From Macrostomum lignano (taxonomy: Eukaryota), in assembly GCA_002269645.1 (NCBI GenBank), contig NIVC01001610.1, positions 186,001-250,000 on the forward strand: DNA of 64,000 nt, read 5' to 3'. The first letter of the stretch is position 1. Each line of letters begins with the position of its first letter. A program made the translations under genes and the position numbers. Shown in pieces: positions 39,401-52,300 of this stretch. Under the pieces are notes generated by a model that ran no database searches, had not been told where the DNA came from, and worked only from the letters and a program-made list of their open reading frames with translations.

Positions 39401-42400
39401 GTAACACAGACACTGTAACACAGACACTGTAACATAGACACTGTAACACAGACACTGTAACACAGACACTGTAATAGAGACACTGTAACACAGACACTGT
39501 AATACAGACATTATAATACAGATACTGTAACACAGACAGTGTAACACAGACACTGTAACACAGACACTGTAACATAGACACTGTAACACAGACACTGTAA
39601 CACAGACACTGTAACATAGACACTGTAACACAGACAGTGTAACACAGACACTGTAACACAGACACTGTAACACGGACACTGTAACACAGACACTGTAACA
39701 CAGACACTGTAACATAGACACTGTAACACAGAGACTGTAATACAGACACTGTAATATGGACACTGTAACAGACACTGTAATACTACAGACACTGTACTAC
39801 AGAAACTGTAACAGGGTCACTGTAACACAGACACTGTAGTACAGACACTGTAACACAGAAACTGAAATACAAACACTATTACAGACACTGTAACACCGAC
39901 ACTGTACTACAGAAACTGTAACATGGACACTGTAACAGACACTGTAACACAGACAACGGAGAACTGTAAGACATGCTGTAAAACAAACACTGTTAATACA
40001 CGGCTCACACTGTCACAAAAAACAAGTACATAAAAAACAAAATGAGGTGACGGTTGTTTGGTTTGTGAGCTGGGTAACTGTGGGGTGGTTGGTTTGTTTA
40101 ACTTCGCTTTGTCACTTTGTTTGCAGCTTGCGATCTTCGTGTACTCAGTAAATCATTGTGTACTCTATGCGTACTCTACTCTGTTCCACGTGCATCATTG
40201 CGCTAGCTATTGCCTCGCCCCTTAAGTCTCTACCATTTTGTACTCTCTCCACTCACAGTGCCAGTGCATCAGTGAAATTCAATATTTACAATATTTAAGC
40301 TATTTCTCTCGGTCTTTAACTCGTCAAGTTACTTTGGCCATTCTACAAATATATTGCAAGCATTCACATTCGTTATTAAACAACATTCAGCCCCTGACTT
40401 TCGCGTCACGTCACAAAAGACCCAAAAAAATATCGCATTCATCACTCACAGCCATAGTCTGGCTTCCGTGCAAATTATTAATTGCATTCTGGGCCTCCAT
40501 GTGCACGCTGTACTTGACGAACGCGCAGCCCTTGCTGTTGCCCGCCTGGTCCCGCAGTATCGTGCACTCCTCGATGTGTCCATACGGCTCAAACAGGCGC
40601 CTGATGTCCTCCTCCGACTGCTGCTTTGACAGCATGCCGACAAACAGCTTGCGATCATCTGGAATGTTTCAAATAGTGCCTTGCAACTCGACCTAGCTCA
40701 CCCTAACTTCCCCATCTACCCAGTTCCAGCCTCATCTGCACAATTCCAGCTTCATCAATCCGCTCCCAGTCTCATTTATCCATGCCAAGCCTCAAAATCT
40801 AAATACTCCCTGCTTCATCTACACAATTCCAGCTTCATCAATCCGCTCCCAGTCTCATTTATCCATGCCAAGCCTCAAAATCTAAATACTCCCAACCCCA
40901 TTAAAACAATTCCAGCATCATCTACACAATTCCAGCTTTATCGATCCAATCCCAGTCTCATTTAAATAATTCTAGCTTCATCTATCCATTCTCATGCAGC
41001 TTCATCTACAGAATCCGAACTTGATCTATCCACTCTTAGCCTCATCTACAGCACTACAGCATCCCGATTTCATCTATCCACTCCCAGCCTCATCTATAGA
41101 GTCCCAACTTTATCTATCCACTCCCAACTTAATCTACTGAATCCCGATTTCATCTATCCACTCCCAGCCTCATCTACAGAATCCTGATTTCATCTATCCA
41201 CTCTCAGCCTCATCTATAGAGTCCCAACTTTATCTATCCACTCCCAACTTAATCTACTGAATCCCGATTTCATCTATCCACTCCCAGCCTCATCTACAGA
41301 ATCCTGATTTCATCTATCCACTCTCAGCCTCATCTATAGAGTCCCAACTTTATCTATCCACTCCCAACTTAATCTACTGAATCCCGATTTCATCTATCCA
41401 CTCCCAGCCTCATCTACAGAATCCTGATTTCATCTATCCACTCTCAGCCTCATCTATAGAGTCCCAACTTTATCTATCCACTCCCAACTTAATCTACTGA
41501 ATCCCGATTTCATCTATCCACTCCCAGCCTCATCTACAGAATCCTGATTTCATCTATCCACTCTCAGCCTCATCTATAGAGTCCCAACTTCATCTATCCA
41601 CTCTCAGCCTCATCTATAGAATCCCGATTTCATCTATCCACTCTCAGCCTCATCTATAGAGTCCCAACTTCATCTATCCACTCTCAGCCTCATCTATAGA
41701 GTCCCAACTTTATCTATCCACTCCCAACTTAATCTACTGAATCCCGATTTCATCTATCCACTCCCAGCCTCATCTACAGCATCCCGATTTCATCTATCCA
41801 CTCCCAGCCTCATCTACAGCATCCCGATTTCATCTATCCACTCTCAGCCTCATCTACAGCATCCCGATTTCATCTATCCACTCTCAGCCTCATCTACAGC
41901 ATCCCGATTTCATCTATCCACTCTCAGCCTCATCTATCCACTCCCAACTTAATCTACTGAATCCCGATTTCATCTATCCACTCCCAGCCTCATCTACAGC
42001 ATCCCGATTTCATCTATCCACTCTCAGCCTCATCTATCCACTCCCAACTTAATCTACTGAATCCTGATTTCATCTATCCACTCTCAGCCTCATCTATAGA
42101 GTCCCAACTTTATCTATCCACTTCCAACTTAATCTACTGAATCCCGATTTCATCTATCCACTCTCAGCCTCATCTATAGAATCCCGATTTCATCTATCCA
42201 CTCCCAGCCTCATCTACAGAATCCTGATTTCATCTATCCACTCCCAGCCTCATCTACAGAATCCTGATTTCATCTATCCACTCCCAGCCTCATCTACAGA
42301 ATCCTGATTTCATCTATCCACTCCCAGCCTCATCTACAGAATCCTGATTTCATCTATCCACTCCCAGCCTCATCTACAGAATCCTGATTTCATCTATCCA

Positions 42401-43469
42401 CTCCCAGTCTCAACTACAGAATCCCAACTTCATCTATCCACTCTCAGCCTCATCTGCATAATTCCAGCCTTATCTATCCACCCTTATCTATTAGGCTGGG
42501 CGCCTCTCGCATTGAATATGTTTTCAATTAGTTGCTAGACAAGAAAGTTCCCCAAGTAGAAGACGGGGGCCCTGGTAACGAAGCTTGAACTCGAGACAAA
42601 AAGCTTTGGCGACAAAAATTGCTAATTTCTCAGTATTCCCAGAAGGTTTGGATTTGCCCGCTATGGTGACGACTGACGGAACTTATCGGTGCAGACAGAA
42701 AACTGCATTCTCTATTGTATTGCTGCCCTGGGAAACTTCCCTGTGCCTTTTTATGAGCATGGACCGCTCATTCAAGCAGGCCTGCCCTCCCTGAATTCTC
42801 TTCTCTGCCCTCCCTGAATTCCCTTCTCTGCCCTCCCCGAATTCCCTTCTCTGCCCTCCCTGAATTCTCTTCTCTGCCCTCCCTGAATTCTCTTCTCTGC
42901 CCTCCCTGAATTCCCTTCTCTGCCCTCCCCGAATTCTCTTCTCTGCCCTCCCTGAATTCCCTTCTCTGCCCTCCCTGAATTCCCTTCTCTGCCCTCCCCG
43001 AATTCCCTTCTCTGCCCTCCCCGAATTCCCTTCTCTGCCCTCCCTGAATTCTCTTCTCTGCCCTCCCTGAATTCTCTTCTCTGCCCTCCCCGAATTCCCT
43101 TCTCTGCCCTCCCCGAATTCCCTTCTCTGCCCTCCCCGAATTCCCTTCTCTGCCCTCCCCGAATTCCCTTCTCTGCCCTCCCTGAATTCCCTTCTCTGCC
43201 CTCCCTGAATTCCCTACTGATAGACAGTGTGACCCATACTCGAGTGAAAAAAATAGTCAGTGTTACCAACTAGAGTGAACAAGAGAAAGACAGTGTGACC
43301 AACTTGAGTGAAGGGAAGGATCTTTCGCCAGCTGAAAAGTGCCCCAAACGCCTCACCCTCGTGTCCTGGCAGGTGCGCCAACTGAAACTGGATGAATTTA
43401 ACCTTGTCAGCGTTGCAATGGGGAGTTGGGGTGCCTTCATATTTGCACAGACTCCCGCTACCATGCTGC

Positions 43470-43501
<32 letters not shown>

Positions 43502-46258
43502 CTGCAATTGACCGATCAAGTCAGCGGTGCTCTTAGACATCTCCGAGCTCATGCCCTGCTCAATGAGCATGGTGAGGTCGTTAGCCAGTAGCTCCGCCAC
43601 TCTGACTGCTTTTGATTCTCTTTTGCGAATGCTAATTGTGAGGAAAAAGCACAACACACAAGCAGTTTAAAACTTAATCTTTTCTTGTTCTTTTGGCTTT
43701 CAGGAGAATAGCATTGATAAATCAAGGCTTTGACTCCTGTTCAGCTTACTTCGTGTGTTCTCGTGTCTGCCTGTGTTTCCCCATGCCCCTCGCTATCGTA
43801 TATCTGGGTGTATCGCTTCCCCTCTCCCTCTCTCTCAGGGTGAGCAATGTACTCAGGCCCCTTCAGTCCCCTCTTACCAGGGAAGGAGGGGGAGGAGGCG
43901 CCGGTCACAGTGAGGACGGGGAGGACCAAGGGGGGATGACTTGGCGATGTGGGTTGAGTCGGGGGTTTTTATTAAGCTGTTCCCCCCCCTGCAGGGCCGT
44001 TCACCCTGCTCACTACCCCCCACCCCTGGGTCAGCTTCTTCTCTGCATCAGCAAGCCCACCCCAGCGAATCAATAAGGAGGATGGGATGCCCAGCCCCAT
44101 CTATATTCGCGGGGAAACCGATGTAACGTCAGACTCTCTTCCCTCATGCGGCCATGGAATTCGGCTAGAATCTGGATTGGAAACCCCGTATTGTTACAGG
44201 TGAAATCAGGACCTAGATGGAAACAAGAGCAACTTGCATAACTTCAAGATTACAGATTCCAAATTACAGTAGTTTTTTCAAAATTAAATTCTACTAATCA
44301 CATCCAAATAGTGAGAGAAGTGTTTCCAGTACGGATTCTTGACTTAGTAGTCCATGAAGATCCGTCCACAAATAGCCTATTATAGAAAGTGAGTCCTGGG
44401 AGTCGGCAGTTCACTGCAGACTTACCAGCTAATCGGGGGCAGACCAAATCCCGTATTGGCGAATTGGGAATCATCTAACGGGGATTCGGAGGGGGTCTCG
44501 ATCAGTGCTGACTGCTATATGCCCTATCAACTACACTACGATCGTATAATACATATCTGCTTTGACTGCTGACCACAACATACAGTAACCAGAGACCAAA
44601 CTCCAGTGCTTATAGACACATCGCATACAGTGACAGGCAAGCAGTCGTAACCGTTCCACTGACCCCTGAGCATGCACACAGGCAGGCACAAGATGTACAT
44701 CGGCCTTGACTTTGTCTTTGACGCATCAGGCTGGATTGCGTGTGAATTCAATTTTCATGCACAACCCCCAAATTAACAAGCGAGAGTCTGGGACGCGTTT
44801 ACCGCCGCTCCTTCGGCGTCATATTAATTAAACGTTAGGACGTTGTCGCCGAAGGCGTTGCGCCAGGGTGCCCGCAGCCCTGCAATTATTATCATGTTTT
44901 TCCTACGACATGCTACTGGAAGTAGTGGGAAAGAGAGAACTCAATGGCAGCCTCCCGAGTCTTCACGACGCCAGCTCTCAGGAACAAAGCCGGAGAACCC
45001 GTGTCCATCTTTTTCATTCCCTTTTTGGCTCGGGCAATTTCTAAACTTCATTCCCGCGCTGCTGACAAGCCAGGCGGAGTCTCCTGTCTGTACTCCAGTC
45101 TGCTCAAACAAGAGGATCTCTGTTGAGATTTCTATATCTCTCTCATCCTCTTTTCTTGTGAAGGCCTAATGAGTCTGCATTGAGCTACAGTGGGGAAGGA
45201 GCAGGTGCGGGCCCTGTGGGGAGCCCCATTTCTATGCGAGCGAAAAGATGTCAACTCCTGCTGTGCTCAAGTTGTACTTTTGTATGCTTATAGAAACTAC
45301 ACAGCTGGGAACGGGAGCTGTGAGAGGATCAGATGAGATGGTAGAGAGAACAGGGAAGAGATAAGAGAGAAGATATGGGAAAGGGGAGACAGACGCTAAC
45401 GAAGAGATGAGAATAGAGAAAGAGAGAGAGACTTCGCTGCTCTTAAAGACTCCGTTCAATTCTGTGTAAAGATGAGAGATTAGAGATTAGAGATAATAGA
45501 GTAGAGAATAGAGAAGAGAATGAAGCGAGACTGCCCGCTGGAAGAAGGCAAGTCAAGACACACTCACCAGTTTCAAATTGGCGTTCCAACTATCAGTAGG
45601 GAATCTCACAGACTCACCTGAGCGAGACTCGCTGTCGGCCGGCTTCACCTGCATGGGCCGAGTCATCTGCAGCGGAGGTGGAACGGGGACACAGGAGGAT
45701 TTGGCAATTGCTCTTCTTCCACAGGCACGGGAAATGCATTCGCAATAACCAAGATATATCTATCTGCCGCGCCGACCCCCTGTCCTCCGCTTCAGAGACG
45801 TACAATCATGGGGGGTGAGTTATCCTCACGGAGCTGCTTGTATCTGCTCAGCATCTGCAAGCCCCATCAAGTCGTTTTGCTCTTCCAAACAATGCAGGAT
45901 TTCTCTTTTTAGCTTTCAATTCTCTTCCCCATCTCACGCATTTTCCGTCTACGTTTGTTGCTCGCTGCAGCCTATTCGCCAAATTTCCCAAACCACTCGC
46001 CAGACTGCAAGAGCAGCTTCCCAGACTCTTCCCCCTATTCTATTCTATTGCGTGCGGCTTGGTTGCTACTAGAAGCAGAGAATTGAATTGCATTCTGCTG
46101 TACTCGGTTGGCGTGGGTGGCTTTTTAATGTGATTTTCTACTGGGGGGTCTCTCACGGCATTGGAACTGGGACGAGTCAGATTGCGCAACTTATAGTAGA
46201 GTGCTTTGACTTTGAACAAGAGGCTTCAGACGAATTCAAGTGCATCTATATATTATGC

Positions 46259-46352
<94 letters not shown>

Positions 46353-49300
46353 TCTGTTTGGGATACTACAGAAGTAAAAAAACAATTCGTCAGTTTTATT
46401 CTGCACACAGTTACCTGTCACATGACAGTCTCATCCTCTTGTAAATAGTTTACATTTCATCCAGGGCAGTCCTCTAGCTCAAGTACGGCTTAAAATGCGC
46501 ATAGCTAAAAATATATAAACTGTGGGTGTGTTTCCTATCCAGAAGGTACTTAAAAAATTACCCTTATTTCGGTCTAGATTTAAATTATTTCACTACGTAA
46601 TGCATGCTGTAACTAACAAGGAACAAAAGAGATCAAGCCTGCATTTAAACAGCTAATACAAATTTCGGGCTGCTAAACTTCCACAAGAATCAAAACGCGT
46701 CTGCATCGTCCCAGCAAGCCTCTTGGATGGATTCGTCAACGAAGGGACGGGAGAAGGTCGGCGGCAGTGCCAAGAATGTCGACAACGCCAATTTGTCGAC
46801 TCGTCAAACTCGTTCAACTGCCAAGTCGTTTGGGCGATTCCTGCTGAAGCATTTCGTCGGCTGCGACGACCCGAGACGACAATACAAAACAGCCATGCGG
46901 TTTCGAAGGCTGTTGTAAGAGCGCTGACTGACAGAGGGCGCACTGTACTTTTTCTATCCAGAAAATCCTAGTAGGAGATGTCGTGATTTCTGCCAGTCTT
47001 TTTGTATTTTAATTTCGAGTGTATCGCATATAGGATTGAAACAATCCTTAGTACATAGTCTGTCATATCGGTTGTATATTCAAATATATTCAGCGCTAGA
47101 CCGCTGGGCTACGGCCCCCCTTTGCCAGAAGCCTATAAGAAACATATATAACTCTCGTATCGCCAGTGCATTTAGCTAGATCAGTTTTGTCTATGGCAAA
47201 ACCCCATTTAACGCTACGTGTTCTCCAGAGAGCAAGCGTTACTGGCCTGTCGACAGCTCATTTCTAAGAAAACTCGGGTGTAGCGTCTTATTTCAGTTGT
47301 TCATGCTTTGTACGTGTTATTATAATTGCCATATAACTATTGCTAACTCCTAAATTAGGGCGAAGTGAAAGTTCGTCATAATAAGCTCCGTTTACGAAGT
47401 ATTATCTGTCTAATGACCAAGAATTTAAATTTTACTCGCCATTCTATGAACCTGGATAGAAAAGCAAAACAATAAATCTTTTTCATGAGCATCTCGCCAG
47501 CCATCGGTAATTCGTCTAGAGATTATAGAGATTTGGGAAGCTGAGATTTGGGATGCTGAGATTTGAGTCTGAGATTTGGGATGCTGAGATTTGGGATGCT
47601 GAGATTTGGGATGCTGAGATTTGGGATGCTGAGATTTTTGATGCTGAGATTTGGGATGCTGAGGTTTGGGATGCTGAGATTTTTGATGCTGAGATTTGGG
47701 ATGCTGAGATTTGGGATGCTGAGGTTTGGGATGCTGAGATTTGGGATGCTGAGATTTGGGATGCTGAGATTTGGGATGCTGAGGTTTGGGATGCTGAGAT
47801 TTGGGATGCTGAGATTTGGGGATGCTGAGATTTGGGATGCTGAGGTTTGGGATGCTGAGATTTTTGATGCTGAGATTTGGGATGCTGAGATTTGGGATGC
47901 TGAGGTTTGGGATGCTGAGATTTGGGATGCTGAGATTTGGGATGCTGAGATTTGGGGATGCTGAGATCTGGGATGCTGAGATTTGGGATGCTGAGATTTG
48001 GGGATCCTGAGATTTGGGATGCTGAGATTTGGGATGCTGAGGATGCTAGGGATGATGCTGACAAAAATCTTTTCCATCATGAGCATATCTCGCCAGCCAT
48101 GCGCTAATTCAGCTACTTACCAGTAGAACGGCGAACATTTGCAGGGTAAAATCAGTGTTAAAAATGTGTCAGAAAGGGAATCGCTCACCCCGGGCAGCGA
48201 CTGTTTCTCGTGCAGAGCGGCCTGGCAGTGGATGGCGCTCTCCGGATGCATGTAGGTGAGGAAGGCGCATCCTGCAATTAGGCATGCATAAATCATTATC
48301 AAAAAGCAGCCTGCTCATCCAGTGCCGCGTACCTTTTTGAGATGCTTTTCTTGACGATTTAATTTTGTAGAGGGGAATCTGGCTTTGGAAATTCTACTCA
48401 AAAAGAAATCTGACTCCCTTTCAATTCGATTTGCCCGATTGAAAAGAAACAAATCATTTTTAATATATATTTGATTTTTTTGTTTTATATACGAAAGCAC
48501 CACCGAATCAGTCATTAGCGCATGCAATGCCCCATCAGTGAATTCCTCCTCTCTTTTCTGCTCCTCGTAGGAGAAAAACCTGCTGCTGCATCGGTATAAA
48601 TATGAAGCTAGAAATTTGTAAATCTCACCATTCAAATTAGCATAGTAGACTAGCGGTTTTTCCCTCTGCAGGGTTGTTTTTGAGAATTTCGCATGCGCTA
48701 CCCAAAGTGTGTACAAATTTCAACTGCCACTCATACAGGTGGGTCATTGCGTTCGCCAGCATCTCGGCGTCTTAAGTTTTGCCTCTCCCCGATGCGATTT
48801 GTACTTCCGCCCTCCCGAAGCGCTTAGGCCAACGTCTTGAGCAAGCAGCTGCGCAGGAAATCTAGCATAGGAAAGGTGCAATTAGGGGCACCCCGATTGC
48901 ATTGCCCAATTTACCCTGGCACCTGCCCCTACCGGCGCCAATTGCAATCGCCGATTTGGGCAAAAATTACTCTAGAAAACGCGGTTATAATCTGTAAAGC
49001 CTTGTCCTCATCAGCTGGTGCGCAGCATGTCTTTTACCGGCCCTTGAGGCGCTCAACAGCTGGGATTTGAGTCTCTTTTTGTTTTCAAATTTATCTCTAG
49101 ATCGGCCTGTTGTCAACCAGCCTCTGCTCTCCATCTGATTTTCATTTTCTTCTCTGTTGCAGCAGCCGGCCGGAGGGGATGCGAGGCTGCTAGGAAAAAT
49201 GAGGCCGAGGGGATTAGGGTGGATGGCGCCTTCTCCCCTCTGCCCTCCCTTTTATCCTTCCGCCCCTGCTCCCCAAATCTGAGTCTGTCTGTCTGTCTGC

Positions 49301-52300
49301 CTCTCCCGCTTGCTTTCCCTTTCACCGCGCCGCTGTCTCACCTGGCGCCCCCTCTACCAGCCTGAGGATTCGCCGGAGTGACTCGCCCTCTCTCTCCCGC
49401 GCTTCGGCAGGAAATCCCGGAGGCGGCGGCCCATCCCATCGCGCCTCTCCTTCCCTTTCCTCCCCAAGCCTGCTCCCACTTTAATTAATTTTTAATTACT
49501 TGCAACTGGCCGGGGCCTCTCGTTTGCTTGGGGCGCGGCTCAGAGGGATAGAAAATGGAGAGATCTGTCTGGGGAGGGGGGGGGGCGAACCTCGGATCTC
49601 CAGCCTACGATGGGTCGGGGAGGCGGGCCACTCGCAATCATCGCAGGCGCCCTGTTTATAATCCCCCCCCCCCCGGTGTGGACAAAGGGGATAAAAATGC
49701 GGGATTAACAAAGGGAGGGTACGATAGGGCGAGGAAATGATAGCGGATGCGAGATTCGCTCCCCGCCTCTTCATCATTTCATTTCAGCTGCCGTTTTGCC
49801 GTCTTCCGCGCCTGCTTTTGCAGCCATGCCGTCCGCTCCGCCCCCGGTTTCTTGAGATTCAACAGGGGGAAGGCGGGCTGGATTTGTGATGGCTCGGAAA
49901 TTGGCTCGAAAGAGTCGAATAAAAATTCTACCTGCATGGAGCCAATAGTTAAGCAAAATCAGCGGGAGCTGCTGCGGGCGCCCATTATCCGCCCTCTTCT
50001 GCCTTGCGCCCCGCCCCGCCCGTACGCTGTTTCTTGAAAAATTTGAAGACGCCAAATTTCTGCTCGGAAGGCTTCGGCTGCTTTTTTACTGAGCCAAGCT
50101 GTTTGCCTCTTTTTAGAGGGAATTGCAGTAATTAAGTTTCGGGATGCAGAGATTTTTAAGATGCTGAGATTTGGGTGCTGAGATTTGGGGATGCTGAGAT
50201 TTGGGGATGCTGAGATTTGGGGATTCAAGATTTGGGGTGCTGAGAGTTGGGGATGCTGAGATTTGGGTGCTGAGATTTGGGGATTCGAGATTTGGGGTGC
50301 TGAGATTTGGGGATTCGAGATTTGGGGTGCTGAGATTTGGGGATTCTAGATTTGGGATGCTGAGATTTGTGATGCTGAGATTTGGGGATGCTGAGATTTG
50401 GGGGTGCTGAGATTTGGGGATGCTGAAATTTGGGATGCTGAGATTTGGGGATCCGAGATTTGGGGTGCTGAGATTTGGGGATGCTGAAATTTGGGATGCT
50501 GAGATTTGGGATGCTGAGATTTGGGATGCTGAGATTTGGGGATGCTGAGATTTGGGGATGCTGAGATTTGGGGGTGCTGAGATTTGGGGATGCTGAAATT
50601 TGGGATGCTGAGATTTGGGGATCCGAGATTTGGGGTGCTGAGATTTGGGGATGCTGAAATTTGGGATGCTGAGATTTGGGATGCTGAGATTTGGGATGCT
50701 GAGATTTGGGGATGCTGAGATTTGGGGATGCTGAGATTTGGGATGCTGAGATTTGGGGTGCTGAGAGTTGGGATGTTGAGATTTGGGATGCTGAGATTTG
50801 GGATGCTGAGATTTGGGATGCTGAGATTTGGGATGCTGAGATTAGGGGTGCTGAGAGTTGGGATGCTGAGATTTGGAGATGTTGAGATTTGGGGATGCTG
50901 AGATTTGGGGATGCTGAGATTTGGGATGCTGAGATTTGGGGATGCTGAGATTTGGGGATGCTGAGATTTGGGATGCTGAGATTTAGGGATGCTGAGATTT
51001 GGGATGCTGAGATTTGGGGATGCTGAGATTTGGGATGCTGAGATTTGGGGATGCTGAGATTTGGGATGCTGAGATTTGGGGATGCTGAGATTTGGGATGC
51101 TGAGAGTTGGGGATCTGAGATTTGGGGTGCTGAGAGTTGGGGATCCGAGATTTGGGATGCTGAGATTTGGGGATGCTGAGATTTGGGATTCTGAGATTTG
51201 GGGATGCTGAGATTTGGGATGCTGAGATTTGGGGATGCTGAGATTTTGGATGCTGAGAGTTGGGGATCCGAGATTTGGGGTGCTGAGAGTTGGGGATCCG
51301 AGATTTGGGATGCTGAGATTTGAAAGCCCAAGACAACAATTGCGATTCCCGAGCCCAGCGAAATGCTCTCGCTGCAGCTGGAGGTCGTCACCATCCGTCC
51401 AGTCAGTATTCGCGCACCCCATGCGGCCCTGGGAGGGGAGAGGCCTGAATGTAGCCAGCGAGAGGAGAGGCCACAGGGTGTCCAGAATCAGTGCACAGAT
51501 AGGGAGGCAGGCGGCTTGTTTAACTACAGGATTATCTTGAGTGCAGCACGCTTTTCATCCGTTTCGATTCGAATTTTTCTCAACGATTTATCATGTGCCG
51601 CCGAATTCACAACTGCTTGTACATGCACAGCTCACTGCACGGCCCCTGCAGCCATCTTGACTGCCTTTTAGTGCATCTCTCGACGAGTGAGAGGGGAAAG
51701 AGGATTGAAAAGCATTTTATATGGGAAGAAATTCTTGGTACTTGACACTTAAGATATTTGGGATTCTGAAATTTGGGATGCTGAGATTTGGGATGTTGAG
51801 ATTTGAGGATGCTGAGATTTAGGATGCTGAGATTTGGGGATCCTGAGATTTGGGAATCCTGAGATTTTGGGATGCTGAGATTTGGGATACTGAGATTTGG
51901 GGAAGCTGAGATTTGGGGTGCTGAGATTTGGGGTGCTGAGATTTGGGGATGCTGAAATTTGGGATGCTGAGATTTGGGATGCTGAGATTTGGGGATGCTG
52001 AGATTTGGGGATGCTGAGATTTGGGGGTGCTGAGATTTGGGGATGCTGAAATTTGGGATGCTGAGATTTGGGGATCCGAGATTTGGGGTGCTGAGATTTG
52101 GGGATGCTGAAATTTGGGATGCTGAGATTTGGGATGCTGAGATTTGGGATGCTGAGATTTGGGGATGCTGAGATTTGGGGATGCTGAGATTTGGGATGCT
52201 GAGATTTGGGGTGCTGAGAGTTGGGATGTTGAGATTTGGGATGCTGAGATTTGGGATGCTGAGATTTGGGATGCTGAGATTTGGGATGCTGAGATTAGGG

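Noticed and set aside
46653-46971. Short ORFs with a C-x2-C motif in CELF intron 2
   Set aside because: Possibly a TE relic, but there is no further diagnostic motif and the splice phases do not fit CELF.
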